Origin: the human T2T-CHM13v2.0 reference genome, Homo sapiens | Assembly: GCF_009914755.1 (NCBI RefSeq) | Contig: NC_060932.1 | Direction: 5' to 3' (one strand) | Length of the DNA: 64,000 bases | Shown: positions 16,401-30,139 of the stretch, one piece after another | Position numbering within the stretch: the first letter of the stretch is position 1 | Layout: every line of letters begins with the position of its first letter | Made by a program: the position numbers and the translations under genes | The notes under the pieces: model-generated | Seen by the model: only the letters and a program-made list of their open reading frames with translations | Database searches by the model: none | Told to the model about the DNA's origin: nothing

Positions 16401-19400
16401 TTTTCTGTCTCTATCTCCTTTAGTTCAGCTCCAATTTTGGTTATTTCTTGTCTTCTGGTAGCTTTGGGGTTGGTTACCTCTTCCTTGTCTATTTCTTCTA
16501 GTTGTGATGCTAGGTTGTTAATTTGAAATCTTTCTAGCTTTTTCATGTGGGCATTTAGTGTTATAAATTTTCCACTTAACATTGTCTGAGCTGTGTCCCA
16601 GAGATTCTGGTATAGTGTATCTTTGGTGTTATTAGTTTCAGAGAACTTTTTGATTTCTGCTTTAATTTTACTATTTACCCAAAAGTCATTCGGGAGCAGG
16701 TTGGTTAATTTCTGTGTAATTCTAAGATTTTGAGTGATATTCTTAGTCTCAATTTTTAATTCAATTGTGCTGTGGTCTGAGTGTGTGATTGGTATGAGTT
16801 TTGTTCTTTGCTTTGCTAAGGATTGTTTTATACCCAATTGTGTGGTCAATTTTAGAGTATGTACCATGTGGTGAGGAGAAGAATATACTTTCTTCTGGTT
16901 TTGGGTGAAGAGTTCTGTAGATGTCTATTAGGTTTATACAGTCAATTGTTGACTTCAGTTCCTAAATATCTTTGTTGATTTTCCACTTCAAGGATCTGTC
17001 TAATATTGTCAATGGGGTGTTGAAGTCTTTCACTATTATTGTGTGGGAGTCTAAGTCTCTTCATAGGTCTCTAAGAACTTGCTTTATAAAATTGGGTCCT
17101 CCTGTGTTGGGTGTGTATATATTTAGGATAGTTAGGTGTTCCAGTTGAATTGATTCCTTTATCCTAATTTAATGTCCCTCTTTATCTGTTTTGGTTTTTG
17201 TTGGTTTAAAGTGCTTTTTTTGGTGAAATTAGGATTGCAACCCCTTTCATTTCTGATTCCCATTTGCTAGGCAGATTTTTCTCCATCCCGTTATTTTGAG
17301 CCTATAAGTATCATTGCCTGTGAGATGGCTCTCTTGAAGACAGCATACCATTGGGTTTTGATTCTTTATCCAGCTTTCCACTCTGTGCCTTTTAATTAGA
17401 GGCATTAAGCCCATTTACATTCAAGGTTAGTATTGATATGTGTGCATTTGATCCTGTCATTGTGTTGTTGGTTATTACACAGACATGTTCTCATGACTAC
17501 TTTAGAGTGTCACTGGTCTTTGTGCTTGAGTTTGCTTTTCTATTGGCTGGTAACAGTCCTTCCTTTGCACATTTACCACTCCTTTCAGGGACTCTTTTAA
17601 TGTAGGCCTGGTGGTAATGAATTCCTTCAGCATTGTTTGTCTAAAAAGAATCTCATCTCTCTTTTACTTATAAAGCTTAGTTTGACTGGATATAAAATCA
17701 TTGGCTACAGTATTTTTTGATTTGAGAATGTTGAATATAGGTCCATAATCTCTTCTGGCTTATAGAGTTTCTGCTGAAAGGTCCACTGTTACCACTGTTA
17801 ACCACATTGAGTTCCCTTTGTAGGTAACCTGTCCTTTTCTTTAACATGTTTAAACTTCTTTTTGACCATGGGAAATCTGATGATTATGTATTTTGAGGAT
17901 AATTTTCTTGTGTAGTATCTTGCAGGAGTTCTCTGTAATTCCTGAATTGAATGTTGGACTCTCCAGCAAAGAAATCCTCATCCATGAGGAAATTTTAATG
18001 GATGGTATTCTGAAATATATTTTCCAAGTTACTTGCTTTCTCCCCCATCTCTTTCAGGGATCTCAGTGATTCATAGATTTGGCCTCTTTACATAATCCCA
18101 TATTTCTTGGAAGTTTTAAAAATTTATTTTTATTATCTTTTCTTTATCCTCATCTGACTATATTATTTCAGAGAGTCACTCTTCAAGCTATCAGATGCTT
18201 TTCTCTGTTTGGTCTATTCTGATGTTAATACTCGCAATTGCATTATGACATTTTTGTAGTGTGTTTTTCAAGCTCTATCATGCCAGTTAGTTTCTTTTCA
18301 TGGCTATTTTATCTGTAAGTTCTTGTATAATTTTATTGTGATTCTTAGATTCCTTATATTGGGTTTCAATGTTCTCCTGAATCTTAATTATCTTCATTTC
18401 TATCTGCATTCAGAATTCTATTTCTGCCATTTGAACCACCTCAGCCCAGTTAAGAACCATTGCTGGAGAACTAGTGCAGTTGTTTAGAGGACAGGATACC
18501 TTCTGGCCATTTGAGTTGCTAGAATTATTGCACTGGCTCCTTCTCATCTCTGTGTGTGGGCATTCCTTTCGCTGTGGTGTAGATTGAGTATAATCAGTAG
18601 AATTCTTTACTGGATGTTTCCAGAGGGCTGAGGCTTTGTGTAGGATATTTATTTGTAGCTCACTTTTTGTCTTTGGTTTCACAGGAGGTTATGTTAAGAA
18701 AATATTTTTGCGTTGAATTTTTGGGGTGTAATCAAGTCAGTGGAACTTAAGCATTATAGTCAGTAGGTAGGCTCTTGCTCAGTCACATGGCTTGTCTATA
18801 TTTCCTCACAGTTGAAGCTGTGCTCCCTTTCAATGTTCTGATAGTGTGGGTTCATAACCCTCTAGATGCTGGCTACAGATCATGGCTTGGCACTCCCATG
18901 CTGCACACTGCAGCTCTGGGGTGATCTCAGGGTTTTTGTTACCTCCTGAAGTTGGAGGTAGCAGAGGAAGGGAAATTAACAGTAGTTGTGGCTGAGGTTC
19001 TTTCCACTTTTCTTCTTGGGCTTCACACCAGAAGATGTGGAGGTGTCATCAAAGAGTCTGATTGTTCCGAAATGGAGCAGATGTGCTGGGGGTCCAAGCT
19101 GGGGGGCAGGGGAGGGATGGGGCCTGATGACAAGCAGAAAATGCGAGTGAGACGTGTGGGAGACAGGCTGTCCTCCTCTCCTTAGGGTGACTGCAACTTG
19201 CAGGAGGTGAGGATAAGGAACTTAGAGTCTTCGTTTCTTCCCTGGTCTGCAGACAGCAGGGTCAGTGTCACTGCACAGCAGTGTCAGAGGGGCTTTCAGT
19301 TGCCACTGGGAGTTCCACTTCTGAGAAACATGGAGCCCCTGCCACTGGGAGTGTTCAGCCTGGGGGTGGGGTGGCTGTACTGCTGGCCTGGGCCAGAGAC

Positions 19401-19624
19401 TCCACTTGTTGGGGAATAGGGGACAAGGACCCACAGGGAGGAAAGACTGGCTCCTCTCTGTGTGGTGACTGTGATGTTCTGTAAGTTCAGGTGTAGCCCT
19501 CAGGCTCTTTGTTTCTTCCCCAGTCTGAAGGCAGCAGGGACAGAACTGCTGCTGTGGCAGTGGCAGAGGGGCTGTCAGTTGCCTCTGCGAGCCTCTCCCC
19601 AGGAAAACCCAGAATCACTACCAG
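13445..19624 (-). mobile_element. Old primate L1 (L1PA15/16/L1PREC2-like): part of 5'UTR, ORF1, ORF2, most of 3' region; extreme ends missing; ORFs disabled
   Basis: ORF2 remnant 16382-16867 ([42 protein letters not shown]); ORF1-like 17.55-18.55 kb; GC-richer repeated 5'UTR 18.7-19.6 kb. Confidence 0.93.
13534..13796 (-). repeat. 263-bp direct duplicate of 16408-16670 (L1 ORF2 segment) inserted into the 3' region of the same L1
   Basis: 8 mismatches and no gaps by eye alignment; ORFs 13454-13708 and 16382-16867 share [33 protein letters not shown]. Confidence 0.95.
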
Positions 19625-19979
19625 CCAGCCTTATACATGGATAACCTTATACTTTTTTTTTTTTTTTTTTTTTTGCGTCAGAGCCTCACTTTTGTCACCC
19701 AGGCTGGAATGCTGTAGCGTGATCCCAGCTCACTGCAACCTCCACCTCCTGGATTCAAGCAGTTCTTCCTCAGCCTCCCAAGTAGCTGGGATTACAGGCA
19801 GCTGCTACCACGCCCTGCTAATTTTTGTGTTTTTAGTAGAGACAGGATTTCACCATGTTGGCCATGCTGGTCTCAAACTTCTTACTTCAGGTGATCCACC
19901 CACCTCAGCCTTCCAAAGTGCTGGGATTATGGGCATGAGCCACCACACCTTATACTTTAATAGATAAAAGATAAAGGCC
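19625..19979 (-). repeat. Duplicated copy of 26066-26439 (antisense AluS with its ERV-internal flanks)
   Basis: Flanks CCAGCCTTATAC(A/C)TGGATAACCTTATACTTT and CTTATACTTTAATAGATAAAAGATAAAGGCC are present at both loci around an antisense Alu. Confidence 0.92.
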
Positions 19980-20757
19980 TTTATCTTTTCCTTAAAGAGC
20001 ATATTTGACATTGCATCCAACCCTCTTTACTCTGAAGATTTCCCTGAGTTCTATATTGTGTGAAGGGGTCCAAGAGGTCCCACATGTCCTAATGGAAGAT
20101 TTAAAAAATAGCTGATAGTGCCCCTAGATGAGTATAATGAGGGTGGTGGAGGTGGGCCGGGATATTATTTAACTAAAAATCTAGACCTTCTAGAACTGGA
20201 GATAGGTTGGCTGTTAAGTCACACTTCATGGGCCTGTGTCACTTCTGTGTGTCATGGCAGAAGCCTAGTCAGGTGAGAGAGATGCAAGCAGAAATGGCCA
20301 ACCTTCCAGGGACAAGCACCGCACATTGCTTTGCTGAGAAGTATAATAATGAGTCACAACTGTAGTGGATGCAGTGGGAACAGAGGCAAATCTAGGCAGA
20401 GGGTCCCCACTACACTAGCTGTAAAGCGAACAAACAAGAGCATGTGGAACCAGATGGCATTACCCACTTACCCGGATGATATACAAGCTTTCACTGAACA
20501 CAGTTTTCACCAAGGGGGAAAAAAAAAAGAAGGGAAGAATTAGGGAAAGAAAATGTAAAATATTATTTATTACAAAGAGACTGAGTTAACATGAAAGTAA
20601 CCAAATTATTTTAATAAGCAATTTAATTTTGCTGTGGGGCAGAAATTGGGGTTCAAGAGCTAAGTGAATAATTCTAATAGAGAAATACATAGTTACATTG
20701 TTGCATATTTGAGTGTTAAGACTATGAATTACAAACCTGCTCTAAACCTAAGAAGAG

Positions 20758-21116
20758 TGAGGCAGGAAAATAGGGTCTGGAGGCAGGGAATATAAGGCCA
20801 ATTCACACTTCAGCTATGACAGGAAATATCCTCTCCATAGGGCATATGCTGAGTAAATTACTTTGTAACTTTACTTCATCCTCTCCATCTACATAGGGTG
20901 TACACCAAGTAACCAATGGAAACCCCTAGAGGGTATTTAAACTCCCAAAAATTTTCTAATGGGGCCCTTGAGCCCCTGTGCTCAGGCCTGCTCCCACACT
21001 GTGGGGTGTACTTAAATTTTCAATAAATTATTTCATTCCTTCCTTGCTTTGTTATTGCATTTTGTCCAGTTCTTTGTTCAAGATGCCAAGAACCTTGAGA
21101 CCCTCCACTGGTAACA
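20758..21116 (+). mobile_element. 5' LTR of ERV1 provirus (MER4 group; MER51-like ~360-bp LTR, subfamily uncertain)
   Basis: TG...CA termini, TATTTAAA box, AATAAA; ~88% identical by eye to 27711-28072. Confidence 0.93.
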
Positions 21117-21121
21117 CACTT

Positions 21122-21138
21122 TGGTGAGCCAGCCAGGA
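21122..21138 (+). promoter_or_regulatory. Primer-binding site, tRNA-Arg(ACG)-type
   Basis: TGGTGAGCCAGCCAGGA just after the LTR, complementary (one CpG-type change) to the tRNA-Arg(ACG) 3' end TCCTGGCTGGCTCGCCA. Confidence 0.85.
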
Positions 21139-24100
21139 TAAATTCCAGGAGAAGGTCAGCCCAAAGTTTGGGAATTAGTTTTCTTCTTTCTCCTTTTCCT
21201 TTCTGCCCCATACAGGGGAATTGCTCTCTCTCTCTCCTCTCTCTCTCTGTGTCTCTTTCCAACTCTGGACCCTTGGTAGACAGTGCCTAAACACAGAAGC
21301 AACTGCAGGTTTCTGGCCATAGCCAGTGAAAATAAGAGGTTTCCATTTGGAGGCACCAAATCACCACCACCCAGTTTACTTAAAGGACCAGAGGGGTTTT
21401 TTTTGTTTTTTCTCTCTTTCTTTTTCAGTCTTTCAGCAGCTGTTTCCTAGTAGTTCGTTGGAAATTGAAGGCAATTGGCTGGGGTCACTCCCAGTATTTC
21501 CTGAAGGCCTAGGAATGAATGGGAATAATTTGCCTGCCCAAAAGAAGGACAGGTTCTTTTTTTATATATTTTCCGGGTGTCGTCCCTGATCCCTACAAGT
21601 GGCACAGCTCAGAGCAAGTTCACACATGTTTTAGGCTACTTAAACCTTCTTTCCTTATGCTAAATTCTTCCCTTCGTCTATTCAACTGGATAAGGGCAAA
21701 ACAAATCTACCCAGCCTCCGGTTTCTGTCATTAAAGTTTGTGGAATGGGATGCATGGGAAAGCATGGCCTCATCAAATTATAAAGATGCTAAAAGTCAGG
21801 GATTACACCCAGGTACCAAAGAAAAGTTCACAGTAGGCTCTGGAGGAAAGCATACAAAGTGGCACTGGTGCCCACCTAACGTCAGAGACATCTAACACTC
21901 TAACATGTTTCCCCACAGGAAGATGCTCTGGGAGATCCTGCCGACCTCAACCCTCACAAAGGGGATGCTCTTGGGAGAGGTTCTGAGGTCTAGAAATAAG
22001 CCTTCCTTAGAATTTTCTCTCACAGTTGCAATGCTGCATGGCCCCAAAATTGTTTAGAATCTGAACTGAAGTTTACTGTTTAATGGGAAAGTGGGATGGC
22101 ACTGCATGTGTCCAGGCTTTTGTGTTGCTATTCTAAGCAGAGGGTCTGCTTAACATGTGATGCCCTCCTTTGATATTGTTTGGCCCCAGTGCTCTTTGGA
22201 GCCTGGGGAGGTTTGGCTTTTAAAAATCAAACTGCTATGGAGACTGTTTTACTGGAAATTTTGGTTCACAGCCTTCATTGGATTATCTATTGGGGCAAAG
22301 TAAAACCAGCAAGCTTGTATTGCTATCTCATGGCTAAGGTTCCAAGACATTGGATCTTCATTTATGTGTGTGTATACATGTCTAGATGTGTTCATTTGTA
22401 CGTACACTTATTGTTATATGGTGTATCTACCAAATTTGCTTGTAAGTAAAGGAGTGCTCATAAATAAAGTAAATAAGTCTAAGCAATTTTCAAGTTTATG
22501 TGACTTAAGTATAACTTTACTAAACAAGCTAGCTTTAAAATTATTAGTGGAGTAAAAATAGAAATGCCTTCAGAATTGTCAGCATACACTTTATCTGAAT
22601 TTCATGTTTGTATTTGCTAGATATTTTTAAATATTAGTGTTAATTCAAGCTGGAGACAGTTAGGGCGAGCCTCCCTCCCATTCTATTCAAAGTCTTACTG
22701 AGAAAAATGCATGTTTAATTGCATCCTTTGGAAAGGCTAATCAGAAACTTGAAAGAAGGCAACTGTTCATCTCACGCTTACCCGTGACCTGGAAGCCACA
22801 ACCTCCCTCCCCGCTTTGGGGTGTCCTGCCTTTCCAGAGGAAACCAATGTTCATTTTACATATGTTGATTGATGTCTTCTGTCTCTCTTGTTAAAAGTGA
22901 AAGAATTGAGTACAATGAAGAGGATGAATGTTTTAGGTAAACTTTTTGTGTGAATTAAAATATTGAAGTTATTTTTGATGCTCATTTAATATCTGGGTCA
23001 TTTCCAATTAAGAAATAATTTTGATATGGGGAAATATGTTTCCAAAATTGTGGAGTTGTTCTTATCCATAAATGCCCATATCTGATAGTTCAGGATTTCT
23101 TGCTTTTTAGGGTTTCACTAAAGTTTTAGGTTACTAAAGATAAAAATTATAGTTAACATAATTCTGTATACAAAATGTGCCAGAAAGGGTTATGTTATTA
23201 GTGAACAAAAGAATAATTTTGTCTAATTCAGAGGTTATTTAAATTTAGTTAAAATTACAGATTTGAAAAGGTTATTTATGAAACAATGTAGTAAGGAATC
23301 ATTAAGTAGGGGAGAAAGATGTGGAAAAGGTTATATAATAAAATATTCTTTAAAACCTGATAAAGAATTGGAGACATTTGGCTAACTAACATTTTTCATA
23401 GTTAAGTTCTTATCCTTGATTAAAGTAAAATAAGAAGTATTGTAGAGAAATGCATAAGCAGTTTGGCAATTCTTTTTTTAATATAGTTAAGCATGAAGCT
23501 GGATTTACTGTGGAGCCAAATTTCACATACATGCTTGCATTGCTTCACACTATATTTACCATTTTGCATGGATAGTGCTAGAGTATTAATTGGTCATGTG
23601 CCTATAGTGAATTTCTTGATTGCATAGAATGTATAATAATATTGGAGAACTTAAGGGTATTAAATTTTGTATCAGGAATAAAATATTCAATCTGTGGATT
23701 TTTAGGGGGCTCTGGGTAACACTGTAGCCTCCAGGGTAGATTAAATAGAAAAAAAAAATAGGGTTAGTTTTCTGTTTATTTGTTTTTGCTTCTAGTTTTC
23801 ATTTGTTGGCTGTTTACTCTCCATTTATTTTGGATTCCTAAGCTACCTTTGTCAAGCCCACAGGAATTAATGGAGCACACCAGCCTTTTAACCTTAAACT
23901 AGCTTTTTTAATTTTAGGCTTCCTGATACTTTAAGTGTGTTGAGTGTACTTTTATAAATAGAATTTGATTCACATTTCTCTCTCTGCCTAATTTTTCCAA
24001 AATTTGTAAATTATTTGTGAATATTCTTAATTCATGGCAATGTGTTTTTTTGCATACAGTTAAGGAGGGTCTCCAGGACCACTCAAAGAGAGAGAACCCA

Positions 24101-26021
24101 GAAACCTGGCATGTCAGCAAAAGGGCAAGAGTTTCTTACCAGCCAGTCTCTGGCCTCTTTCTCTCTCCACAAACTTGTTACATAAATATTAAAAGTCACT
24201 GTTTATCTCCTCTGTAAAGTTTTAATTAATACAAAAGGGATTGAATTAATTGGTTGAAGAATAATAAGGGCTTAAATCAAATATTTTGTCAGAAAAGTGA
24301 AAAACATAATGCCTTTTATTTAGTTCATGTGACTTTAGTAATCTCTGGGAAATAAACATGCTTTTAAAGATTATTGGTAAATTATAAACGTCTTCAAAAT
24401 GTAAACATGTGGTCTAAATTATGTTTAAATAATAGATTGCTAAATGGTTGTAGTTCATAAACTGCTTCTTTGGCTTTTGAAAAATTGTTTAACTTACCTG
24501 CTTTACAACTAGGTAAGGCCTGGGAACACATGGAGTTGACCGTGTCCCAGGTATGCTGGAAATAATCAGACCTTATCAGCACTTAGCACATAATTAACAT
24601 TAACTTACCAGGTTTTACATTAAAATCAAAATTCCTAAGAGTTGCCATTATAGCATACAACTGAGACTATTAGAAACAGTTTTTACATGCAAGGTGTGTA
24701 AGAATAGTAGAACGTGGGCTTTCTTTTCTTTTTTGTAAAAGGTTTTGCTTCTTTAAAATTTGTCATTATTTTGACAAAATAAATAATTTATGGTAATCTG
24801 GAATTCCAAAATCAAACTTTAGTTTCACAATTGTCTTTCCTAATGCCTGGTTTTTTGGATAGATCAGAGGACCCTTGAAAACATCCAGAAAAGAGGTATA
24901 CAGGATTATGTGGAATGTTTAGGTACATGGGATTATCAAAATGATGTTCAATTTCTGTAGGTTGTATTTTTTTGAATTAATACTAATATATGTTCCAAAA
25001 TTGTACCAGATTTCTAAAATTCCGATGTGTAAGTATATGCTGCCAATTATAATTATGGTTATTCTCTTAAGTTACTGTAAACCACAGAAATAACCAAATT
25101 TCCATGTAAATAGCTACTGACCCAAGTAGAACAAAAAATTAATTAAATACCAAGAAAATATACTTTGTCAAATTTTTATGTTAAGCCATACTAAAATTGT
25201 TTAAATATGCAATTAGTATTAACTCCATGGTCTAAGTCAAATTACCTATGATAACCCATCAGTTACCAGTGCTATGCACATAATTTGGATAAACAACCAG
25301 TATTCAAGAGGATATGTCTAATGTTAATTAAGCATGGACTCATGGAGAACCAGCATGGCCACTTTGCCCTTACTGGGTCCTTACAGCTTTTATTAAAAGC
25401 TCTGCATTCTATGACTCATCATAGAAAAGATAAAATAATCCAAATTGAATACATTGGTGTGGTAACTTACAAATTACTAAAATAGTTTATAACCAATGTT
25501 TGGTCCCACGTTCCTGGGAAAACAATTACAGTTTCAGGTATATTTGGTCACCTGGTGGGTCACTTAAACATTTTACAAAGGGATTCCATTCGATTGTTAT
25601 TTTCAATGCATGTTTTCTGGTTGCACAAAAGCTTTCCCATGCAAGAGGGCTGATATTATAACAGTAGATTATTATGCTACAGTGTATTTTCACCATGTAT
25701 AAAAGCCTTTTATGGCCTGGACCTTCTGAGAACATCAAAAACTGTCCTTACCATCTACACTACAACAAAACTTCAGGACCTTAAACTTTGGATTCACAAT
25801 CTGACAACTGAGAAGTGTCCCTTCACACTCTTGGAAGTGTACATCCATTGGAACCCTTAAGGTAAAACTAACCAGAGAAATTTCTCCCAAGAAGAAGATG
25901 GCATCCTCTATGTCAACAGCTTTTCCCAAGTTCACAGATTAAGACTTCTACTATCATGAAACTCTTATCTTACCCTTGCTTATGCCTCGACGAACAATAG
26001 AAGTAGAAACGGGATCAGTAG

Positions 26022-26424
<403 letters not shown>

Positions 26425-27710
26425 TAAAAGATAAAGGCCCAACATAGGTAAGAAACCTTAATAGTACATATGTTGCCTTATCATCATTCAGAAACAAAAC
26501 ATGGGTTCACTCCTCTTAAGCCACATCATGGGTTAAAGAGATCATTGCCAGGAGGCCTTCACTCTTCTAGAAGGGTATCATTTTTTAGGTCCTCTTCTGT
26601 GGTTTAAAGTAAAAGAGACAATGATTAGAAATGTATTCTCCAGATAGGCTCTATAGCAAATTCTACCGTAAAGGGCTACAGTTACACAACAGACTTCAAA
26701 TTCTCTTGTGAAAGTTATGACAGAATAGGCTGAACAAAGAAGTATCTGTGCAGATGCTGGCACTTGTGACCTATAGAGAAATACATCAAATGAAGATTAC
26801 AGAAATTCAGTGGCAGGGGATTAACAAAGAGATTGCTTAGTAAAGTGAATAGACTCTTTATCTAGGTAATTCTTTGATCTATTTGATGTTAGGAGGTTTG
26901 GCTTATGGTGACCTGGGATAAGAAGCATACTCCAAACTCTTGCTATTATCCTTCCAATAGTCATAATAATAGTCTCCCTAATAGGCTGTATTCTCTCAAA
27001 GGTTTTAAATGCTTGGATGCAACCATCTCTAGGCTGCCATATGTTCTCTCTTCAACTAAAATGACAAGAGCTGAAAGAAATGTGTAACCATGAGGACACT
27101 GTAACCTATGAATGATATGCTGAGTCCAGAAATCCAAAATGATGGTAACTAAGAGTGGCGCTAAGACCCTAAGTTTTGGTCACACTCTTACCTAAGTGAG
27201 AACCTGACCAAAAAGAGGGAAGTTTTTAAACGAAATGATGAGAGGCCATTGTTTTGGAATAAGCTCAGGCACTAGACCTCAACAGACCAAACCAAGCCAA
27301 AATGGAGTCATTTGTGCTAAGACTTTAAGGAAACACATTGATTCTAGAACACACCAGGTTTTATTTTTTTCTCCTACAAATCTCTATAACAAACATTCCT
27401 GACAGCATAGGTATCCATCCTCTGAAGTCCCCTTCAAATCTTTTAACCAAATACACTTCCTCTTGCCTAGAGACCTTCAAGCTTCAGATGATTATACAAC
27501 AAAGCTTCAAGCAAGTTCCAGGTGAAGACACCACCACTGGCCATCAAGAAGCTACCCTGCCTCCTCTAGACAGAGGAGGGCAAGAGTTCTGTGATCTCTA
27601 ATAGGTAGGGACTACTCCCCAAGCCAGCATGAAGCAGTTACATAAGAAAGACCATCGGTCCCTTCACCTCCCATAAAGATTTACAAGAATCACATCTCTC
27701 AGCAGGGAAA

Positions 27711-28072
27711 TGAGGCAGGAAAATAGGGTCTGGAAGCAGGGAATATAAGGCCAATTCACATTTCAGCAATAACAGGAAATATCCTCTCTATAGGGGGTAT
27801 GCTGAGTAAATGACTTTGTAACTTTACTTCATCTTCTCCATATAATACATAAGGCATACACCAAGTAACCAATGGAAACCTCTAGAGATTATTTAAACAT
27901 CCCAAAAATCTGTAATGGGGCCCTTGAGCCCCTATGCTCAGGTCTGCTCCCATACTGTGGACTGTATTTTCATTTTCAGTAAATCCCTTCATTTCTTCCT
28001 TGCTTTGTTTGTGTGTTTTGTCCAATTCTTTGTTCAAGATGCCAAGATCCTGGATGCCCTCCGCCTGTAACA
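27711..28072 (+). mobile_element. 3' LTR of the same provirus
   Basis: Direct repeat of 20758-21116; flanks AGAG / GGAG fit a mutated 4-bp TSD. Confidence 0.93.
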
Positions 28073-28299
28073 GGAGGAGTCAGCAGTGACAAACTCATTC
28101 TGTTCGCACTAGGTACATTATATATAAAAAAGTCCTTCAGCTTCTATATGAAATGTGTGGCAGAATGCAACTATTTCTCTTCTAATTGACTTTTGAATTC
28201 AGGAGAGCTTCACTTAACTTTAGTGAGAAAGAAAAGTAATCTATGTTATTTTTTCCTGAAGAAGATAATATTAGACAATATTAGAGCAAAAGACTTAAA

Positions 28300-29150
28300 G
28301 AAGAAGAGGTGACAAGTCTTGCAGAGAGAACTTGTAAGATGCTACAGTTTACTGTCAATATTTTGGCTTTTATTCTATATAAGATGGAAACTTATTGGTT
28401 CTGAGCAAGTAAGTGACATGGTTTCAAATTATTATATGAGTATTAATTAGGGTGCTTATTCAGAATTATTTCTAGAGTATCAAAGCTGCTATCAGATCAG
28501 CAGAAGATCTCATTCATTGGGGCAAGAGATGGTGGCTTGAATGAGGAATAACAGGACAGACAAGCAGTGATCAAATTTTGGATATGTTTTGAAGGTGGAT
28601 TCAAAAGAATTTGTCACTCTTTCACTCAAAGTCATCCGATGACATAAGGGATGTGAGAGTTGTTCCAAGAATTTTGATTAAACAGGTAAAATAATGAGCA
28701 TGTCTTTAACAAGATGTGGAAACCTGTGCATGTTTGGGAAGGATAGTCAGAGAAAGATGAGGAGCTTATGGTGAGACAGGTGAACTTTAAATTTCTAGAA
28801 GATATTCATGTGGAAATATTAAGAAGAAAGTTATATGTATAACACTGTTAAGGGGATTTACTATGTACGAATGAAGATAAATGAGCTCTAGCAATAGCTG
28901 GGGAAAGCAACATCGTATTTATATACTGATGGTGACATTCTAATAATGAGAAGAAAGAGAATGGAAAAGACAGAGGAAAAAGCTGAAGTGATGTCTTTAG
29001 TAGGGAATTATAATGATAAATAATTCATCATTATAACAGCAGAAGCACATGGATAAAATAACAATAATAACAGCTGAACACATGAACATCTTTGCAGATA
29101 AGTGGGCAGATGTAATATGGGGGCTTGTGGAAGTGCTCTTTAACCAGATT
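28300..29150 (-). mobile_element. Degraded L2 LINE
   Basis: GGCAAGAGATGGTGGCTTG..., TTTTGAAGGTGG...AATTTG, CCAAGAATTTTG..AACAGGTAAAATAATG motifs. Confidence 0.65.
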
Positions 29151-30139
29151 ATATTTTAGACAAGATATTCCAGAAGCACCCCTGAGGGGGATGGCAAGTA
29201 TCTGATTGCGGAAGTGTTCCCAGGAGAAGGCTGTTGTGAGTCAGAAAAGGAGGAAAGAGAAGAAGCCAAGAAAGTGTGTGATGCTGGAAAAGTTCCCAGG
29301 AGTAGCTTCAAGATGATCCCACAGGGGAATGCTAGAGAGTAAATTTTATTTCAGAATTTCTGACAGTGGAAGCATAATGAATCTGCTGTTAATGCTTCTT
29401 CTTTTATTTTCTTTTTGTTGTTTCTGTTGGCAAGTAAGTTTATATGAGCTTTTCAAATTTTTTTTAGCAGTGTTTAAAAAATCCAATAGTCTAGCACTTA
29501 GTAGTTCTATAGATGTCCGGAGGCAAAGCACAAAGCATCTCTTTGGCAAGTGTGGACTGTCAAAGAAGCAATGTGGTACTGATCTCACAGAAGTGGTGAT
29601 AGCTTCCTGGTCATGAAGAAGTAGAGTTCCCTCATGCTGCTATAGAGCTTTGAGTAGTGCCCCTAAAACAGAACTCAAGACTGTGCTTCTCCAGCCAATC
29701 CAATGGTTCTATATGACTTTTTCTCATTTGTTAAAAAATAAAAAAGTCCTTCCTGCTTATCTTGGGTGTAATGGATTTGATTTTCTAACAGATATAATAA
29801 TTTGTATTAAGATCTGCTCTGATGATATTATTAAGGATACCTTCATTCACTCTTTAAAACAATTTTAGTTTGTACTGAAATGATCTCATCAACAAAAACC
29901 ATTTTCTTCAAATTATTTAGTATATACCTGTTAATTGGGTTTCTTAACTGAGCAAGCTTGGAGAATCACAACAGGGAAAGACTGTAATTTAGAATATACT
30001 TGGGCTTCAAAATTTGGAGATAGAAAGGAAGGCGACTAATTAGACACTGGGGTTGAGTGACTGACCAAGATTAAAGATTAAATTCCAAGTGACTGCTTTG
30101 TTAGAACAAAATGTAAAAAGGAGACAGAGTCAGAGGTAG

